DNA of 64,000 nt from Psammoneis japonica (lineage: Eukaryota), in contig QPGO01000024.1 of NCBI GenBank assembly GCA_008632985.1, positions 186,001-250,000 of the forward strand, read 5' to 3'. Positions 1-9,661 of the stretch are shown piece after piece; within the stretch, counting starts at the first letter, position 1; the number at the start of each line of letters is the position of its first letter. The notes under the pieces are model-generated. The model worked only from the letters and a program-made list of their open reading frames with translations, was not told the origin of the DNA and did not search any database. The translations under genes and the position numbers were made by a program.

Positions 1-345
1 TTGAAAACAGCAACATTGTGGTTGCTCATGTGTGCAAGGAAGCGATTTGGTGTGGAGATTTGCGCAAGTGAGTGCTGGCTGCCTCGCCAAATGCACGTGC
101 AGCAGCACAGCTGGAGAGTCAGCTGTGTTGTGCTCCTCTCGAGAAGGATCACATTCAAGAAAATCACATCAAAGGACTGGGACTCAGTTCTGCTGGTCAG
201 ACAATTTGCACAATGCCAACACTCTCTTGTCATGCCGAAAGACACCGTGCTGGCATTTGAGTCAGCAGTCTCAACTCTCTCCAGGTGCTGCAAGCGAGCT
301 CGCGTGAAGCGTGAAGAACGACGGGCACGCTCAGCGCTCAGCGCT
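1..345. repeat. End of a TpA-depleted degenerate repeat relic (unclassified)
   Basis: No TA dinucleotide seen in about 345 bp; TG/CA-rich; its ORFs lack Tyr. Confidence 0.55.
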
Positions 346-827
346 CAGCTCTACTCTGGGGGCCCTAGAGCTAGCCACCAGAGATAAGCACCAAATCAAA
401 ATTCTACTGCCACTTTCCACTTTGGACTTCCGATTTCCGATTCACGACGGACGACGGAAAAATTGAACTTTCGCGCGCAGCGCGAACTTTCGGCGAAAGT
501 TGCCCCCTTTTGGAGCGCGAAGCGCTCCAACTTTCGGCTGAAAGTTGGGAAACGGAGGGGGCGCGCGGAGGAAAAAAAGTTCGTCCGTTGAATCTTGGCT
601 GTGAATCGTGAGAGTGCGTTAAGTCGTGCGTCAAGTCGTGCGTTGAGTCGTCTTGAAATTTGAAAAAAAATCAAAAATCAATCGAAACACGAAAGCTCAC
701 GCGATGAGCGATGGAAACATGTTACCGTCGCACGCGAATCCTCATACGGAAGGCCTTTTCTCCTACTGTACTGTGGAGGATACTGTAGAGAAGTTTCCTG
801 AATACCCAAAGTGCAGTGGATGGCAGA

Positions 828-1454
828 ATGGTTAAGAAGCGAAGTTTTGAGGGAGGAACTGCCGACGACGCAATAGTTGTAGACAGCGCAAGCGACGACG
901 AAGGTGGAAAAGACTTTGAGAGTGTGGCTATTGCTCCAAACCTACCGGCATCATCAAGATTTGGCAGTGCTGGCAAAGGTGAACCATCAAGGAAGAAGAA
1001 ACGAGGGCGTCCTCGAAAGATCCGATCGCCCAAATTCTCCATCTCGGACACGCCCATATTTTCATACACCGGATCTTCCATTGAATTTGACGTTGTCGGA
1101 AAGCCAATGCCAAAGTCAAGACCAAAGCATGGGTGGAATGGAAATGTTTACAATCCAAACCAAGCTGATGAGAAAGAGTTTGCAAGTGTAGCATCAGATC
1201 TCTGCCGATCAAGACTAGATTCAGTACCAAAGTTCCGTGACGGTGTGTTGTTGAAGGCTCGGATTGAATTTACTTTTCCTGGGAAGAGTCTCAAGGATAC
1301 AGGAGACATTGACAATCTCTGTAAGTTTGTTTTGGACAGCTTAAACACAGCATTGTATCAAGATGATTGGCAAGTGTCACACTTATCGGCGAAAAAGGTA
1401 CTTGCTTCGTCCGAATCTGCCGGACGTACAGCAGTCGAATTGAAGCAAATTTGA
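828..1454 (+). CDS. rusA: RusA-family Holliday junction resolvase with an N-terminal AT-hook-like motif
   Basis: GDIDNLCKFVLDSLNTALYQDDWQV matches the RusA D-x-DN-x-x-K...D...DD-x-QV signature; PMPKSRP near the domain start; KKRGRPRK AT-hook-like; first ATG at 828, true start uncertain. Confidence 0.85.
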   Translation: MVKKRSFEGGTADDAIVVDSASDDEGGKDFESVAIAPNLPASSRFGSAGKGEPSRKKKRGRPRKIRSPKFSISDTPIFSYTGSSIEFDVVGKPMPKSRPKHGWNGNVYNPNQADEKEFASVASDLCRSRLDSVPKFRDGVLLKARIEFTFPGKSLKDTGDIDNLCKFVLDSLNTALYQDDWQVSHLSAKKVLASSESAGRTAVELKQI

Positions 1455-1841
1455 AACAAATAATTCCACACGATTATAACAAGCACTGTATCACCTACTC
1501 ACTTGACGTGTGCCTAGAGTAGTCATGTTTTATTTTAGCCCACTTGTGTCGTGAGACAAGCACTTGCTTCGTCTGAATCGGCTGGACGCACGGTCGTCTC
1601 TCTGAACCAAATTTGAAATAGATAGTATATTATTTCACTTGGCATGTGCTATACCTTACTTTGGTGCACTTCTTTGACTGGCAAGTTGTGGAGCCGTCGG
1701 CATGAAAAGTATACATTTTTCGTCTGAATAGATCGGACGCATGACAATCTGGCGGACGCAAAATCTGGAGTCGTTGCACCGCACCAAATTTGAAATGCAC
1801 AGTTCTACAAGCTTCTGTTGGCACAGTAACACACAATTACT

Positions 1842-4418
1842 TTACACACATTTTACTTTCACCCAATTCTTTGCATGTGGGTTCACGGGTTTTTTCGGAC
1901 TAGTTCCAGAAGCTTTGGATACAACCTTTTTCACAAACCCTACCAAGACGCTCGTTCGCTGCTCGCCGATGGTTGATATGTTCTGATTCTTCTTGTACGC
2001 TATAACTCGAGCACCTAGACCTATGAAGGTAGGCTGTGCTCTTCCCTTCTTCTTGTTATCCAGGGGGCTCTTCATGCCAGCGTCTTCTTCCATCTTTCTC
2101 ATTTTTTGCAGGCAAGTGTTTTGCACGGCGTAACAAACATTGTGGAATTCGACGGATGCATGGTCATGAATACGTATCGTATGCCACTGGTCTTCCGTCA
2201 TGACGTGTTCTAGGAGCTCCATAGCTGCTTTAAACTTCTGTGGCTCTGCTTCACTGTTTGGAAACTTGAGGTGCAAAAGCCGCTCCTTGGATGACGAAGA
2301 AAGGTGTCCATGCTGCTTGAAGAAACTTAGGCATACATGCAGAGAGATTTTTGCGCCTGTACTGTTTACCAAGCCATCCACTTGCTCCTGCAATGTCAGT
2401 TTCTTTTTCTTTTTGTTTGAAAACTTCTTACTCACAACTCCGGCCGAGAACAGTGTCGCGACAGCGGGAGGTCGTTGCTTTCGCGTGGAGGCCGTGACAG
2501 GCTGAGTCGCAGTGGCTGACTCGTCAGAATCCACACGACGTCGAGAAGCAGCCGGCGCGTCACCATCATCAGTAGTAGTAGCATCAGCATCTGGTGGGCT
2601 TACAGCATAGGCAGCCACATTGTTGTTTTGAGTGGAGCCGGCGTTTTCATCAATAACGTTGCACTCGATGCCGCCGTCTCGATTGGATATTTTTTCGTCC
2701 GCAAAATCCGTCGTGCTATCTTCCTCCTCCGATGATAGGAGTTCAATATTCCTTTTCTTACTGGACTGATTGGCCTCAAGCTGAGCCATCTCCAAGTTGC
2801 GAATCGCGTGGGCTTGCTCGGAAAGCTCGGTACGTTGTGCATCACACACTGATAATACACGAGACAGTAGCTCATTCTGCTGCTTTATCTGTAAAGCAAG
2901 GTTGATGTCACTTGAAAGATCCGGGTTGCGGTCTTGAAAGCTAGCGTCTATTTTCTTTCCCCAGATCCGAAGCACTTGTGAGGTGTCAGCCGTGTCACCA
3001 TCACGAATCTTCGCTTCTGCTGCAGCACGCTCCAACGTGTACACGATTTGATGGTTTTGACGAAGCTCCTTCGAAACTTCAGCGTGATGCCGAATCATAC
3101 TAGCCGTGCAAGAACGCAAGAAGGGACGCAGCTCCCCTCCTTTCAGAAATTGAGCAAGAGAGTCAGAGATCATATACAATTTTTCAATGAGACGTTCAAC
3201 ATCATCTTGTACATGGCTCCCAAGGCATTCCAAGTTTGGAGCAAATTTCTTGCCGGCAGTATCATCCCAGCCCATCATCGCGTTTGCCGCTGGAAGAGTG
3301 AGCTGCGGTGTAATTCGTTTGTAAGTCTTGCCATTGGCAGCTCCGGGCGCCCATCCAACTCGAGCGTCCGCTTCTTCAACTGACACTCCTCGATGCGAAT
3401 TCAAGAATGTAGCCATACCAACTCGAATAGACTTAGAAGAATAATCGTTCTGTAGAACCGGGTTGACCTTGCTTCGAATAATAGACGTCAACTTAGCGGC
3501 AACATACTTGTCGCTCACGCTCCACAAGTCTGGAAAAGTGTACTTGTGGAGCTCCTTCTCCATGCTGTCTGGACGATAGAGACCTTTCTCACAAGAATAG
3601 AAACACGCGAAAGCATGGTAGAGATCAAAGAGATAAGACTTTTTGTTTGGTGGGAAGAGGAGTCCATACAAATCCACAGTCTTCGGCTCACACCACGTTG
3701 CTTCCAAATTCTCATAAAATAAATCCCAGAACCATTCATCATACCGTTGATACCTCACTTCCCCTCCACGTCCAGCAGCCATAGCACCCATCAAAATCCA
3801 GCAACGCTGCTGAAGAGGGCCATTATTCATCATTGGATAATTGCATTGCAGAACAAGAGCAAGAAGCAACGTCTCGATGTCGTTTGCGAATGCACCGTTC
3901 TCGCGTCTCAACATTGAATTTCTGTCAGACGTAAGAATAGTATTTCGCTGCTTGGCTCGAACATATTCTGAAGACACGTTTGGAACCAGGGGCAAAGTCC
4001 TTTTGTCAGAATACTCCATGCTGAGGAGGTTGGCTTTATCAGTGGCCTTTGCCACATCTTTGAACAGAGGCTTGTGCCACTTGTCCTCATCTTCCCAGTC
4101 AGGGTGCTTGGGGAACTTCATTTTTAGCGCTTCTTTGACCTTTCCAAAAATTCGCTGCTTTCCGTCAATTCCTACTAGCCCGTTGGAGGGATTGTCATGC
4201 CGACAGATGGGCTCATCCGACAAGAACTTGCTGAAGCGCATCATAAGTGTCCTGAGGTGGTATCCATCCACATGACGTTCCTCCAATCCGTGAAACGGCT
4301 TGTCTTGTTTTTTGTCTTGAAACGCGTCAAACGTTTTGATTGCAGACTTATCGCCACTTATGGTAGAAGGGGCCCTAGACGCCTTCATGATTGGCGCCTC
4401 AAGGGTCGAAGTGGGCAT
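1842..4418 (-). CDS. Tyrosine recombinase-like protein (Crypton/Ndc10-like), 858 aa
   Basis: Motifs in tyrosine-recombinase order: AAGRGGEV (R), YSSKSIRVG (HxxR box with K for H), ARVGW, then KTY (candidate catalytic Tyr); intact intronless ORF. Confidence 0.75.
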   Translation of the reverse strand: MPTSTLEAPIMKASRAPSTISGDKSAIKTFDAFQDKKQDKPFHGLEERHVDGYHLRTLMMRFSKFLSDEPICRHDNPSNGLVGIDGKQRIFGKVKEALKMKFPKHPDWEDEDKWHKPLFKDVAKATDKANLLSMEYSDKRTLPLVPNVSSEYVRAKQRNTILTSDRNSMLRRENGAFANDIETLLLALVLQCNYPMMNNGPLQQRCWILMGAMAAGRGGEVRYQRYDEWFWDLFYENLEATWCEPKTVDLYGLLFPPNKKSYLFDLYHAFACFYSCEKGLYRPDSMEKELHKYTFPDLWSVSDKYVAAKLTSIIRSKVNPVLQNDYSSKSIRVGMATFLNSHRGVSVEEADARVGWAPGAANGKTYKRITPQLTLPAANAMMGWDDTAGKKFAPNLECLGSHVQDDVERLIEKLYMISDSLAQFLKGGELRPFLRSCTASMIRHHAEVSKELRQNHQIVYTLERAAAEAKIRDGDTADTSQVLRIWGKKIDASFQDRNPDLSSDINLALQIKQQNELLSRVLSVCDAQRTELSEQAHAIRNLEMAQLEANQSSKKRNIELLSSEEEDSTTDFADEKISNRDGGIECNVIDENAGSTQNNNVAAYAVSPPDADATTTDDGDAPAASRRRVDSDESATATQPVTASTRKQRPPAVATLFSAGVVSKKFSNKKKKKLTLQEQVDGLVNSTGAKISLHVCLSFFKQHGHLSSSSKERLLHLKFPNSEAEPQKFKAAMELLEHVMTEDQWHTIRIHDHASVEFHNVCYAVQNTCLQKMRKMEEDAGMKSPLDNKKKGRAQPTFIGLGARVIAYKKNQNISTIGEQRTSVLVGFVKKVVSKASGTSPKKPVNPHAKNWVKVKCV

Positions 4419-4885
4419 GCTGCACGGCTGCTCTGTTGTTGCGGGTGGCTTCTGTGACAGCTGTGTGGCTGCGTCTGCTTTTTTGTGAGACGATATCTCC
4501 TCCGTGCCGTGTCTCTAGTCTCGAACTTTAGCACGGTATCGCAGAAGTCTTGCGGGTGGTGGTGAATCTGATGATGTAAAAATTCTGGCGCGTTTCAAGG
4601 TTATGTGTGTATACAGACATGTGATGTTATATTTACATCAACTTTCAGAGAACTTTCGGGTTACTTCTTCTGAAAGTTGCCAAATCTATTCCGGAAAAAA
4701 CATGAGACGACCGACGACCACAGGATAGACTCTAACAGAAAATAGATGGACAAAACTACTAAGCTATTGGGCGATTCCTCATCAGTTCTGTTGAGTCACA
4801 AAAAGGCAAAGGAAACACTACGACTTCTTTACACAGTTTTGTGGGTGGTACAGCTGAACCGGTTTGACGTTCCATAAAACCGAAG

Positions 4886-7708
4886 ATGTTGCGGATAGCA
4901 AGTCGCACAGCATCTTCCGGATGGAGAGTAGCCGGGTGCAAAAACGTCACTTCAAGGGTACTGGTGGGTAAGAACACATCGCTGTTGTCAATCAGAAGTC
5001 TCAATTGGTCCAGACGTCGCACCGTTGTGGCTGCTGCTCAGACGGAAATTCCGGAGAGGGATAAGATGTATGCCGGGGACGATGAGACGCTTCGACGTCT
5101 GACTTATATGCGCAATGTGGGGGTGTTTGCCCATGTGGATGCTGGTAAAACGACAGTGACGGAGCGTATGTTGGCTTTGGCAGGGGTGGTAAGACGGGCT
5201 GGAACTGTCGATGATGGGAACACTGTGACAGATTACTTGCCTCAAGAACGAGAACGCGGAATCACAATACAAAGTGCTGCGATTTCGTTTGAATGGGGAT
5301 GGCATAATAACAGAGCTACTAGCAACAAACAACAACAAGATGAAGCGAATGATCTTGTTCAGATACATTTGATTGACACTCCTGGTCACGTTGATTTCTC
5401 TGTTGAAGTCAACCGAAGTGTCGCCGTTCTGGACGGCGCTGTGCTGGTTGTAGATGCCGTTGCTGGTGTTCAAGCACAAACAGAAACGGTTTGGAGAGCA
5501 ATGACTCGACCATCCATCAATAATCATGATGACTCAGCGGCGAAACCCTCCATCACTTTCAGGGATCATGGTCACGAGCCACTTCCATGCCTTGCACTTG
5601 TAAACAAGATGGACAAGGATGGATGTAACTTCGGTAGTGCGATCGATTCCCTAAGACAAAAACTGCCAGGGGCCAACCCTATTGCAATACAGATGCCGCT
5701 TTTTCGTGGTTGTGGGAAGATTGGATCGGGTAGCAAACTCATCAGCAAATCTGTTGTAGCGATACCGGTTGAGGAAGCGGCTTCAACATCTGGGGAGTTT
5801 GCGGGCGTTGTGGACCTCATTCACATGCGAGCCATCATATGGCCTGATACTCCTTCGATGAAAGGGATGGTAGCGGACGTTGAACAGTGTGTACCAGATA
5901 TTGTGCCTCTCATTCACAGCGATACTCAGGAACCAATCGACCCCAATTGTCATGTCACGGTTAAAGCGCTGGCAGCGCGGGCAGAGTTCGTAGCTTCTCT
6001 CGCTGATGTCGACAGCTTCATTGAAGACTACTTTCTCGCCGATGAGGAACCCAGCAACACAGAACTTCGTCTTGCTCTTCGACGCGCAACACTAGAAAGA
6101 AAAGCGCTTCCTGTCATGGCTGGCGCCGCACTTAGAGGTAAAGGAATTGAACCAGTGTTGGACGCCGTGGCCGATCTGCTTCCTTCTCCACTTGATCGCG
6201 TGCCGCCAGCGCTCAATAGATACGCGACAGGCGATAGCAGAGCAGTTAGTCTGAATAGATCAGCATTAGAAGAGAAATCCTTGCCGTCGATACAAGACGT
6301 GACTCTCGGCCATCCGTTGCACTCATCTCTTTTGGCACTTGCGTTTAAAGTTGTGCATATGAAAGGCAGAGGCGGTAGCGGAGACGGACGCGTTGTTTTT
6401 GCCCGTGTTTATTCGGGGCAGATCTCAGCGAGAGACACAGTCCAAGTGGTTTCACCACCCGCACCAGGAGAAGCGCCAGAGAAACCGCGAACCGAAAGGG
6501 TGGGCGGAATGCTAGAACTCGCAGGAGGACGGTTCAACAATACGGAGGATGGCTTTTGCAATAGTGGCGATGTGTGTGCTCTTGTTGGACTCAAGAGTGT
6601 TGTCACTGGTGATACGATCATCTCGACATTGGATAATTCCGATAGGCGAAAAAAGAAAGAGAAAAAGAAAGATAAAGGTTGCATCCTTTATCTAGCTGGG
6701 GTTGCGTCGCCTAAACCGGTTCTCAAGGTTCGGCTGGAAGCTGAAACTGCAGAAGAACAGGCTCGTCTCTCAGACGCTTTATCACTCCTCGCGATCGAGG
6801 ACCCGAGTCTAAGTGTAGAAGAGACCGATTCGGCGACTCTACTCTCTGGTTTGGGTGAGCTGCACATTGAAGTCGCTCTCGATAGGCTACAAAGAGAATT
6901 TGGGCTTCGAGTATCTGCCGGATCACCGTTAGTCGCGTACCGAGAAACCGTCAGAGACGTAATGGAGACGCCCGGCGGAACTCTATTGGAGTACGACCGA
7001 ACAATCGGAGGTACACGTATGCAAGCTGCAGTTCATCTTGTGTTGGAGCCTTTGAAACGCAGCAGCGCATCAGATGCAACGTCCACTGGCTGTTCTCCAT
7101 CGGTTCTTTTGTCGGAACCGGTGGTTGAGGTGGGACTCCGCGCCCGTGATTTTCTAGGTGTGGACGAAGATACTCCGGAGGACGACTTAATCCACAGATG
7201 CGAGGTTTTTAAGGCGCTTGTCTCTGGATGTCAAGGGGCACTGAAGCGTGGGCCACTTGCATCTTATCCCATGGCCAGTCTCAAATGCAACGTTGTTGAC
7301 GTAGACGCGGAGGGCGGTCTAGCAGCACTGCGAGACATGCCAGGTTCCTTGCGCGCCGCATCAGCCCACGCAGTTGCGGACACATTGTCTAGAAATGCAC
7401 ATGATGGTTGCACTGTTCTGGAACCCACCATGAGTGTGGAAGTGACGCTTCCTGCTGAAATGGTAGGAAGCGTTCTGTCTGATTTAACCAGTCGTCGCGC
7501 CACCGTAGGCGATGTTATTGTGGGAGAGAACAAGGGAGAGGATTCCTCGGCTTCTCGCCACCAGAAAGCACTAGTGCGTGGCCAAGTCCCTCTGTCCGAA
7601 ATTCTTGGCTATGCCAGTATCTTACGGAGCATTACTGCAGGGGAAGGATCCTTCACGGCCGAGTACCACGGGCACTCCCCTTGCGACATCGCTTTCCTCA
7701 AACACTAA
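4886..7708 (+). CDS. GFM2: Elongation factor G family GTPase, probably mitochondrial EF-G2 (ribosome-releasing factor 2)
   Basis: AHVDAGKT, ERERGITIQSAA, DTPGHVDF, NKMD, GLGELHIE, LEP; Arg/Ser-rich N-terminal transit-like peptide. Confidence 0.8.
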   Translation: MLRIASRTASSGWRVAGCKNVTSRVLVGKNTSLLSIRSLNWSRRRTVVAAAQTEIPERDKMYAGDDETLRRLTYMRNVGVFAHVDAGKTTVTERMLALAGVVRRAGTVDDGNTVTDYLPQERERGITIQSAAISFEWGWHNNRATSNKQQQDEANDLVQIHLIDTPGHVDFSVEVNRSVAVLDGAVLVVDAVAGVQAQTETVWRAMTRPSINNHDDSAAKPSITFRDHGHEPLPCLALVNKMDKDGCNFGSAIDSLRQKLPGANPIAIQMPLFRGCGKIGSGSKLISKSVVAIPVEEAASTSGEFAGVVDLIHMRAIIWPDTPSMKGMVADVEQCVPDIVPLIHSDTQEPIDPNCHVTVKALAARAEFVASLADVDSFIEDYFLADEEPSNTELRLALRRATLERKALPVMAGAALRGKGIEPVLDAVADLLPSPLDRVPPALNRYATGDSRAVSLNRSALEEKSLPSIQDVTLGHPLHSSLLALAFKVVHMKGRGGSGDGRVVFARVYSGQISARDTVQVVSPPAPGEAPEKPRTERVGGMLELAGGRFNNTEDGFCNSGDVCALVGLKSVVTGDTIISTLDNSDRRKKKEKKKDKGCILYLAGVASPKPVLKVRLEAETAEEQARLSDALSLLAIEDPSLSVEETDSATLLSGLGELHIEVALDRLQREFGLRVSAGSPLVAYRETVRDVMETPGGTLLEYDRTIGGTRMQAAVHLVLEPLKRSSASDATSTGCSPSVLLSEPVVEVGLRARDFLGVDEDTPEDDLIHRCEVFKALVSGCQGALKRGPLASYPMASLKCNVVDVDAEGGLAALRDMPGSLRAASAHAVADTLSRNAHDGCTVLEPTMSVEVTLPAEMVGSVLSDLTSRRATVGDVIVGENKGEDSSASRHQKALVRGQVPLSEILGYASILRSITAGEGSFTAEYHGHSPCDIAFLKH

Positions 7709-8149
7709 CAGCATACGTGGTGTACAAGGTAAAAAACACATAGAAAGATATAGTTCATGAATATTGTATCCTAAAATTGTGTTAAGTTGGATCGGAGCAA
7801 ACGTCGAATTCATCGTGTAATTATTTCAAGCTTGCACTGATCTCTTCCTCCGCCATGGCGGACTCAGCAGTCAGCAGCGACGTTGGAATATCGCATGATG
7901 GCGCGATACACGATGCAGGTGTGCAGTAGGCTGATATGAAGTGCAAAAGGCAACAGGACGGCGGCAGTGACCAAGCAATTCCATTCAGCGTCTTTGGATT
8001 GATGGTTGATGGCTGTGCGAATGATGAATGACACCGGCGCGGTATTTTTTCGGTATCTTTCGGCGTGTTGGCGGCATAGACAGTACCGGTACGCATGAGG
8101 AACGTCCCAACGAAAGAGCGGGAATGTGAATCCGATCCTAGACCTGTCT

Positions 8150-9510
8150 TTGTTGTTCTTGAGGCAGCAAACAAACAAATTCTTCTGGCATCCGACGAGG
8201 CATGCCTCCAGCCATGCAAACTGACACCGGTGCAGAAGCACGATGAAATCTCTGTCAATGCTGTTGCTGTCTCTCTGTGTGATCGCAGCTCCGGCGCGTG
8301 CTCATGCCAATGCAACATTCTAGTCCTATGACTTGTCTGTCACAATTTGCTTGTCACAGTCAGTCAAGCCGGATGAAATGCCTCACTACGAGTCTTCTCG
8401 GTTTGACAACGGCTCCATGATTGGTTCGATTTTGCACAAGAAAACGACGCTGCTGTACGGCGTACACACGTTTGGCTTGTGCCTCGTGCGTGCCTCACAA
8501 CCCCGGATGGACCGAGAGCGGCGTCGGTCTCGCGTCCGAGTTTGGTGCAGGAGGCATGGAGCCTTTGTAACTTACGGTGTGGGTGGCATGGAGTGTCAGA
8601 CGTCTCCAATGGAGTGCTGGGATGCATTGAAGCAAAGAATGGCGAGCCGTTTCTCATCTCTCCACGTAGAAATTTTCACGCAGTGATGGACTGTTGGTTG
8701 AAATCCCCAATGCAAGAGAGTCCGCCACCAGCAGCGCGAACAATGACACCCAACAACTGCAACTCCTCATGTTGATGACACCTCTTCAAGGTCTCCTTCA
8801 AACTCTTGATGCATTCTCCTGGACTGAAATTCTTCTCATCTATCAGTGGCTCCTGACTTTGATGCAGCTGGGGAGGAAACCATGGACTTGGTCCATGAGA
8901 CTGCGTCTTTGAGCGACGTTTTCAGAAAATGTTCCTTCCAATTTTTTAGAGTCATCTGGTTGGCGACTCGCCTTCGTTTGACAGTGTCACAGTCCTTCGC
9001 CACATCAAACAGAGGAGTGGTGCCAATGCAATTCGAAGAAGATTCTAAACTGCTTGCTGCCTCATGACAGAGGTCGGGACATGGACTTTGACGTCCTTGA
9101 GGGTCCACACTTTGACAACACTTTCGTTGGTTGCACAAACACTCAACTTTCCTTTGCTCGCCATGTCCTCGCACAAGTCACACAAAGGGGCCACCACAGC
9201 ATTGTTTCTTGACAAATGCTGGTCAACGGTGGTCGACTGAAAGGTGAGTCCACATGGCTTGTTGGGATCTAACTTTGTTTCTTTTTTCTGCTTCGCGTGC
9301 AACGCTCTCTCGGCTGGCCGACAATGCAGGGGAACAACGAAGAACGCAGGTGCCTTGGACTTTGGACTGGTTGAAATCCCCGAACCACAACTTGCGAAAC
9401 AAGCAAGAGAGCGAGAGCCCGCCACCTCGCTTGCTCGGATGGAAAATGCTCCCATTCCTCAAAAGCAAAAAAATAAAAGGGGCTCGGGTTTTGCTCGGGT
9501 CCAGAATTTT
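8150..9510. repeat. Partially TpA-depleted degenerate sequence, probable TE relic
   Basis: Reduced TA content; Tyr-poor, Cys/His-rich broken ORFs; repeated GCTCGG near 9433-9500. Confidence 0.4.
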
Positions 9511-9520
9511 CGGCATGTAA

Positions 9521-9591
9521 CTATATCCGGGTGATTTTTGTGCAAATTTGCACAACTTGTGCAACTTTGCACAGAAACCACCCGGATGTAG
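9521..9591. repeat. 71-bp near-perfect palindrome (possible mini-MITE flanked by TA)
   Basis: CTATATCCGGGTGATTTTTGTGCAAATTTGCACAA-C-TTGTGCAACTTTGCACAGAAACCACCCGGATGTAG; 35-bp arms with 4 mismatches. Confidence 0.8.
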
Positions 9592-9661
9592 CAAGCTCTG
9601 TTGGCGCTCTCATCTCACTCTCCCCGCCCAGAGCGTCCGCTGTTCAATCCATTGCAACAAC

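Larger units (their letters stand above)
391..4686 (-). mobile_element. Putative Crypton-like tyrosine-recombinase element carrying a RusA gene
   Basis: Convergent tyrosine-recombinase and RusA ORFs; AACTTTC/GAAAGTT inverted motifs at both ends (466-548 and 4639-4679); 7-bp direct repeat CCAAATC at 391-397 and 4680-4686. Confidence 0.6.

Noticed and set aside
1365..1800. CRISPR-like repeat-spacer array
   Set aside because: The repeats are long, degenerate and partly coding; the context is eukaryotic and there are no cas genes.
7821..8318. 165-aa minus-strand ORF downstream of EF-G
   Set aside because: No recognisable motif, competing overlapping frames, and it runs into a degenerate region.
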